Shown here in pieces: positions 57,681-64,000 of a stretch of DNA of 64,000 nt. The position numbers and the translations under genes were made by a program. Origin of the DNA: Marsupella aquatica. Its lineage: Eukaryota; Plantae; Marchantiophyta. The stretch lies in assembly GCA_973895155.1 (NCBI GenBank), contig OZ316891.1, positions 15,593,037 to 15,657,036 of the forward strand, read 5' to 3'. Within the stretch, counting starts at the first letter, position 1. Every line of letters starts with the position of its first letter. The notes beneath the pieces were generated by a model. The model saw only the letters and a program-made list of their open reading frames with translations. It was not told the DNA's origin and did no database searches.

Positions 57681-60600
57681 CTATGCAGACTGAGCGACCA
57701 AATCTGGGACTGTATCCTGATATTCTGAACTGGCCTCCGGTGTATCTTCTTCACTGGGAGGTACAAGCTGCCAGAACAATGGGAGAAATTTATCCCAATT
57801 CTCCAAAACTTGTCGCCCCTTTGAACTTTCAGTCTTGTCCTGTGTGCCACGAAGACCATGATTTCAAATTAAGTCCCTTGAGGTAAATTCAAGCACGACA
57901 GACATTTCGCTAATTCTCGTCCACTGAGTGCCGATAACAATTTATTAAGCCGCATTTGTTACGTGAGTAAACACTAAAACGCTAAAAGAACCAGTGCTAC
58001 TTTACGTGAGGAATATCTCAACTGCTCGTAATGAATGATCGTAGCCCCTTCAAATAAGGTGAATACTGGTTAGCATTGAATATACATAAATCTATCCTTT
58101 ATCCCATCCTATTTGCGACCTTGTGCTGACATTTGCGATTCAAAAATACGGGTCAGGTCTTACTATCTGAAGGCCATAATTTCGAAAAATCAACTCACCA
58201 CATGGGACTGAACAAGACGCCGTAGCTGCTGTTGTCCGGCAGACGCCACCACTCTTTGCAGTTTGACAATCTCCTTGTTCACCTGCAATCTCGCAGAACT
58301 CAGTGACATATTTTAAACTAAGTTTATGAACAGCTAGTTTCCGTTATACTAGTATGCCATCAATGCAGTCTTGAGTGCCAAATGTGGTCACATACCCTTA
58401 CTACATACCAGCAAAATCTCTCCTCACTCCGAATTCGGGAAACAACAACACCCCCCCCCCCCCCCCCCCCAATCAATCCCAATTCTGATAAAAGTCTACT
58501 TGCAATGGGACTCACTTCCAGTTGGATGCCTGAGCTTTAGCCCCAACTATCTGCATTAAAAACCCCAAAAAACACTCGGAACAAACCTTGGAGACAAATG
58601 TACCGTCCTCGTCTAGAAAATAAGCTAAACCACCAGTCATTCCAGCACCAACATTTCGGCCAACTCTGCAAGACACAAGGAGAACAGCGTGACCTGCTGA
58701 GCGGTAGCAGTCTTAAAGACAGTTCTTCGAAAAACACCACGGAATAAACTCACACGCCGGCTTTGCAGAATTCAAATATTGAATATGTGTACTTACGTGC
58801 CCAAAGAGACTACACAGCCACCTGTCATATATTCACAGGAATGATCACCAGTCCCCTCAACCACGGCCTCCGCCATTGAGTTGCGGACAGCAAATCGTTC
58901 ACCTGCCTTACCTCTCGCAAAGAACTGACCTCCTGTCGCACCATACAAGCAGGTATTCCCAATAATCGTAGCATCTTCTGCTACAAAATTTGCGAAGGAA
59001 TGTGGCACAATAACGATTTCACCACCTGCCATACCCTGCAACGAGTTCACAGGTTAAAAACGCTATGAAGCAAATTTTTCGAAGAAAGCCATTGCAGTAC
59101 TATACCTTTCGAATAATTAGTAGCAATTTTCGAGGATGACACTGTACCTTGCCAACATAGTCATTGGCTTCCCCAATCAGGCGTAAGTTCATTCCTGACG
59201 TCAAGAAGCATCCAAACGACTGGCCTGCACTACCTTCGAACCTGTCCAAAAGGAAACAAGAGGACCTTAGCCCAAAGATGAAATGTATACCCTTTGCCAT
59301 GCTGGCCTCACTACTAACTGCCCAAATAAACGAATACAAGAAAGAATTCCTGCTACACGCAACTTCAATAGACACTTACGTCAGGTCAATCTGTCCTGCA
59401 AAACTATCACCATATTGCTTGGCAATCACACCAGCTATACGGCCACCAACTGCCCGATCTACGTTATAGATTTTCAGCCGCTTTTGAGCTTTCTTTTCTT
59501 CTGCAATAGCCTCAAGTATCTGTCACACGGTCCACAACCAAGTTAGCAACAACTGACCATATAACCAGCGTTCCAACTTTCACCATAACGTAAGGTTTCA
59601 TATTCTGAGAGAATTTGCGCAATAAGATTAAAAAGAGAAGAAGACCAATCCAGATGAATCTAAAGAACCTCGGCAGATTGTTTAATACTCTAATTCCAAT
59701 ACCCGATTCTTATCCTTCGTACAAAACGTCATGAATCATCGCTAGTTCAATTTCTTGATTTTATTCTACCTCGTCAGCTGACACAAAACTTATAAGTTCG
59801 TACCTCGGGATCTGCAAGAAGTAAATCCTCCAAAACAGGCCCATTTGTGTGAACTGGCTGATTTCTTATCACCGTGCTACTCTTCTTAGGAAGCCCCGCA
59901 GTCTGCAAAGACAATGAGATCCGCGGTCAAGTGAGGCAGAGGCCAAATGACAAATGTCGTTCTACAATCTTTGGAGGATTTTTCTGAGAACACTTTTGCA
60001 CAGATTGCCTGGTGGTACCACTTTCGGCTTCACCGTGTATTTTTCACAAAGTCCGTAAAGTAAGCAGAGGAGTAGTACATGGCCGATGGAATGTAACATA
60101 CGGCAAGCAGGTAGCTCAAATCCAGGTGTTGTGTCTTAGCCAGAGATAAGGGTCGTTCGTGTAAAATTTCCGTTCTTCCAATAATATCGTCCAATTTCTC
60201 ATATCCCAACTTTCCAAGAATTCCTCTCACCTGAATATGGGGTACAAACATGAAAACTTTGTAAGGTAGCCCAATCAAGCATATGCTAAAAACTATCATT
60301 TTCACAATCAATTCAGAACGCATATTACAGCTGGTCAAATCGTAAACAGGCTACTCCTGGGTTCTATTGAGGCATTATAACACAACTAACATTGGTGTAG
60401 GTTAGAGAGTATAGAGCTGTCTTACTTCTTCAGCTACATAATAGAAGTAGTTGACAAGGTCACCAGGAACACCAGGAAATCGTGCTCGCAGCTCCTCCCT
60501 CTACACGAATTCAAGTAGAGTCCACATAACCAATCAATGACAAAAACTCTTCACTAGCAGAAAAGAGCATCAAAATTCAGTTGAGGTGCTTTCGGAACTT

Positions 60601-63600
60601 GGCCAGATAGAAAGAATATAACTCACTTGGCTAGCAACACCGACCGGACAATTATTTGTATGGCAGATACGAGCCATGACACATCCTGTAGCTATCATGG
60701 CTATTGAACCAAATCCATACTCATCTGCTCCCAAAGCAGCTGCCAATACCACATCCACCCCACTCTTGAATCCACCATCAACCCTTAAAGTAACTCTTTC
60801 ACGTAGTCCATTGTTGAGGAGAGTCTGCAAGGCCACATTCCAATTTGATCAGAAAAGTGACTGCAATATCGGTACCAGGCTCTGTTCACTCCCAACCACG
60901 ACTACCTGAGTTCCACGATAAAATGACCAACAAAAATAAAACATACTTGCTGAGTCTCTGCCAAACCCATTTCCCAAGGGCCACCAGCGTGTTTGATTGA
61001 GCTGATTGGACTTGCTCCGGTTCCCCCATCATGACCAGAGATCTGCGAGATATCATCATGATGTCAACTACACTTGTTCCTTCAAAGGCTCAGATTACCA
61101 GAACTATTTCAGATCAGTTAAGTAAATATGAAATCAGATCATTCACATTGGCACATTCCGTTTCACTTAGGATGACATCCATCATTCTCACGGAGGAAGG
61201 CCGCACGGGTCCAGACTGGTGATATAAAACTCAACCGCCACCCTAATACCTAATCTCCCCTCTTTCAAGTTTACTGCAATTCAGCTTCCCCCAAGGACAG
61301 GTTCTTGTCCAAGAGAACTCTAAATAAGAAGGATCAAGACTACGTTCAACTAACGTACCCACTGCCTTTCCTTAGCGGCCACCCCACCATAGATATTAAT
61401 TCTCCCTTTGGCTCTGTTGTCTGCGACCTAGAACCTGAACGCTTGGACGAGGTCCTCCATTGACCAAGGGCCAGTAACGTTTACTTATGATTTTCATTCT
61501 CTTTTCTTGCCTCCTTGGAAACGTCATTTACTAATAGGACATTATCCATCCAAAACCACATAGTCGGTATAGACAGCTCTTCCTTCATCTATTCATTCTC
61601 TCTAGCTCCTGACCTAAAGACCTGGCGACGAAAAGGCTAGAAGGACGGCACACTCTGGAAATACTCTCTTTCTAATATGTAGGTCCTGCTGCGACTTTAC
61701 AATCATAAGGATTTAGCCTTAGTCTCGCAAGTGGAACCTATCTTTAATCAGCCTAGAATTCGGTGCTCTCCGTGTAACCATAATGTCAGCTTGTTTAGAA
61801 GTCACTTTTGTAATATAAAACGGATTCATTTCACAGCCCTGACCCACCACTGGATCTCACTTTATACGGCCGCCGATAAAATTTATCTGTCCAAAATTGT
61901 GGCGTCTCACCGAAACAAAAGGGAGACAGGAGTTACCCCAACAATTGAATCACTAAAATTGAGGTGCTGATCGAAAGCAGAGTTGCATGCTAAAAGAATT
62001 CTTGGACAGGATAGCTCCACCACATGATGAGTAAGACTACCCACTTATTTACTCCTCCAGTATAAATTCTGTGTCCTTACTAATCCATATTTCATATCCA
62101 TCGAAGTCGCAACTCTACGTCTCGGACATAAGTTGCAATGAGTACAAAACAACGGCCTTGACAAACTCAAAATTTCAAGAGCATCAAATCCATATATGGC
62201 ACAGTGGAAAGTGAGATTTCTTCTAATGGGAACCTGGATGACATCAGCATTCGTTTTAGCGACTCCACTTGCCACAGTACCAATTCCTGCCTCTGCAACC
62301 AGCTTCACAGAAACCTTCGCATTTGGATTGACCTGCAAGGACTCCGAGTATCATCTTTGTGATCATGATGTCTAAAAGATTTGTAATGACTACTTGTTAC
62401 GAAACGTCAGGCGTAGCCTTGAGGCTCCAGACTCAACGATGGGCATAGTCTCAAGCTTGTGACAGTCTCGCTTTTGAGGCCAGTGACAAATTTGCAGAAA
62501 ATATACTCTCGCAAGTCAAGAGTTGGATAAAGAACAAAAACAAATATAAGACCCGACATAACCAATTTTCCAGTATGTCAGAGACGTCTACCTGATGGAG
62601 ATCATAAATTAGTTGAGCCAAATCCTCTATCGAATAAATGTCATGATGAGGAGGTGGAGATATGAGTGGCACACCAGCCTTCGAGTTTCGTAAAACAGCA
62701 ATATATCCACTAACTTTTTTTCCGGGCAATTGACCACCTTCCCCAGGTTTCGCCCCCTGTGCAACCTTGATCTCAAGCTGCTGAGCATTTGCTAGGAAAG
62801 TTGGGGTTACACCAAATCGTCCAGAAGCGACCTGGAGCAAGATCACAACACTCGTCAGGGTTCAGTGGTGCCGTATCCAAATCAATTATCGGATCCCGTC
62901 AACCTCATCCTTGACAAACATTTCAACTGCAATCGAAGAGACAGAAATAAACTTCAAACAACCTGTAGTTCAGAATTTTTCAGAAAAAAACTACAGTGCT
63001 TTGCATGGGACGAAGAGAAACTATAGGAATCGACACAACGTTGCAACAGAAACTACAAAGGAGACGTTAACAGCACACCTGTTTGATAGCGCTAGTCGCA
63101 GTATCACCATTTTGTAAGCCTTTCAAGTGTGGCAAAGTTGATGAGTATCCATCCTGTACATCAGTGAGATGCCTCCAGCGGACAGGATCCTGTGCCAATG
63201 TTCGGCTCAGCGACGGCGATTGCTTAAAAGAAAAGGATGTTCAAAGGAGAGAGCAAATGGAGTGACAGTTATGTGTGCTCCGACATATTCTCACAGAGTG
63301 CTGTGCTTAAAAGCTAGTAAATCCTGGATTGAAACCTGGTGTTGCCTCATACCAGTAGTGATAGATGATCCCTTCAGCATTTGTTCTTCTCGAAAGGAGT
63401 CTGCAAGCTTAGGGCTTCTAAGACTATTCAGACTGGAAATGAAAAGCAATTGAAACAAATCACTGGTGAGCTTATCGGATAAATCAGATACCTCGCCACC
63501 TTCCCCGGAATTTGACTTCCCTCCAATTCGATTCATAGCTATAGCTATGGCTTCGTGGGTCTCTCTGGAAATGGCACCCAAAGACATGCCTCCGGTGCAG

Positions 63601-64000
63601 AAACGCTCTACAATACTGGATGCAGGTTCCACTTTCTTGATTGGGATTGGTGTTCTATCACTCTTCAGTTCAAGGAGATCACGTAGAACCTGCAGAGCAT
63701 CGTCAAATTTAGAATGAATGATGCGTTTGGTTAAAATGACAGATATACGATTGTCTTCGATTGGAAACCGTTTAAAGCGATGGCAAATCACTACCATCCC
63801 AACCTGATGACCGATTCAGGGTATCCCTCACGTGGAATGAAATCCGGATATGACGGGTCAGACCCCGAAATAGAAAAGAATCAGAAATCAACTTCCAAAT
63901 ATTGCCCAAATATTATCAACGCTTACACCTTTAACCTTAAAATGTAAATCAGGGCCTCACATTGGTGGGACGTGTAGACAAGTGCTGCTGATAGACAGCA
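57681..64000 (-). CDS. GLU1: Ferredoxin-dependent glutamate synthase (Fd-GOGAT), 3' portion; 16 exons in window, gene continues beyond 64000
   Basis: Exons >64000-63961, 63689-63492, 63189-63079, 62831-62592, 62332-62234, 61042-60947, 60824-60627, 60500-60426, 60230-60102, 59902-59804, 59519-59380, 59241-59148, 59035-58797, 58665-58587, 58282-58199, 57839-57681, all GT-AG in phase. Motifs [43 protein letters not shown], [3Fe-4S] [20 protein letters not shown] domain. Ends [15 protein letters not shown]...QSA* with no fused beta subunit. Confidence 0.97.
58451..58470. repeat. Poly(C) homopolymer (G20 on the transcript) in a GOGAT intron
   Basis: Run of 20 C. Confidence 0.9.

Noticed and set aside
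11445-64000. Functional iron/nitrogen gene cluster (MFS, ILR3, Fd-GOGAT)
   Set aside because: Ordinary unrelated genes separated by TE blocks; no sequence evidence of co-regulation.
57681-64000. NADH-GOGAT assignment or non-canonical introns
   Set aside because: The protein ends after the GXGXG domain with the Fd-GOGAT C-terminus, and all 15 introns checked are GT-AG.

Overview
Plant nuclear DNA with spliceosomal GT-AG introns. A seed-free land plant such as a liverwort is plausible, but that is only an impression. Four host genes can be rebuilt exon by exon: a 3-exon nodulin-like MFS transporter (+, 11445-14232), a 5-exon ILR3/bHLH-IVc iron-homeostasis factor (-, 16618-19778), a 4-exon MASP1/AT1G78230-like LRR protein (+, 44882-48074), and the 3' part of ferredoxin-dependent glutamate synthase (-, 57681 to beyond the window end). 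The rest is a transposon landscape. It includes Copia solo LTRs, a long-TIR element with a 10-bp TSD, a tRNA-like SINE, a full-length Bianca-type Copia with a half-tRNA-Ile primer site, a Copia nested in a related Copia, and a 5'-truncated L1 LINE. Two observations stand out. First, two unlinked ~4-kb units share the terminal signature TGTA(G/A)TGAC...GTCACA, lack gag/pol, and each carries one long ORF (plant-transposon-like domain plus coiled coil). Second, a cleanly bounded 1460-bp insertion has a 5-bp TSD but non-canonical AGT...ACT ends. All assignments come from reading the sequence by eye; no database search was run.
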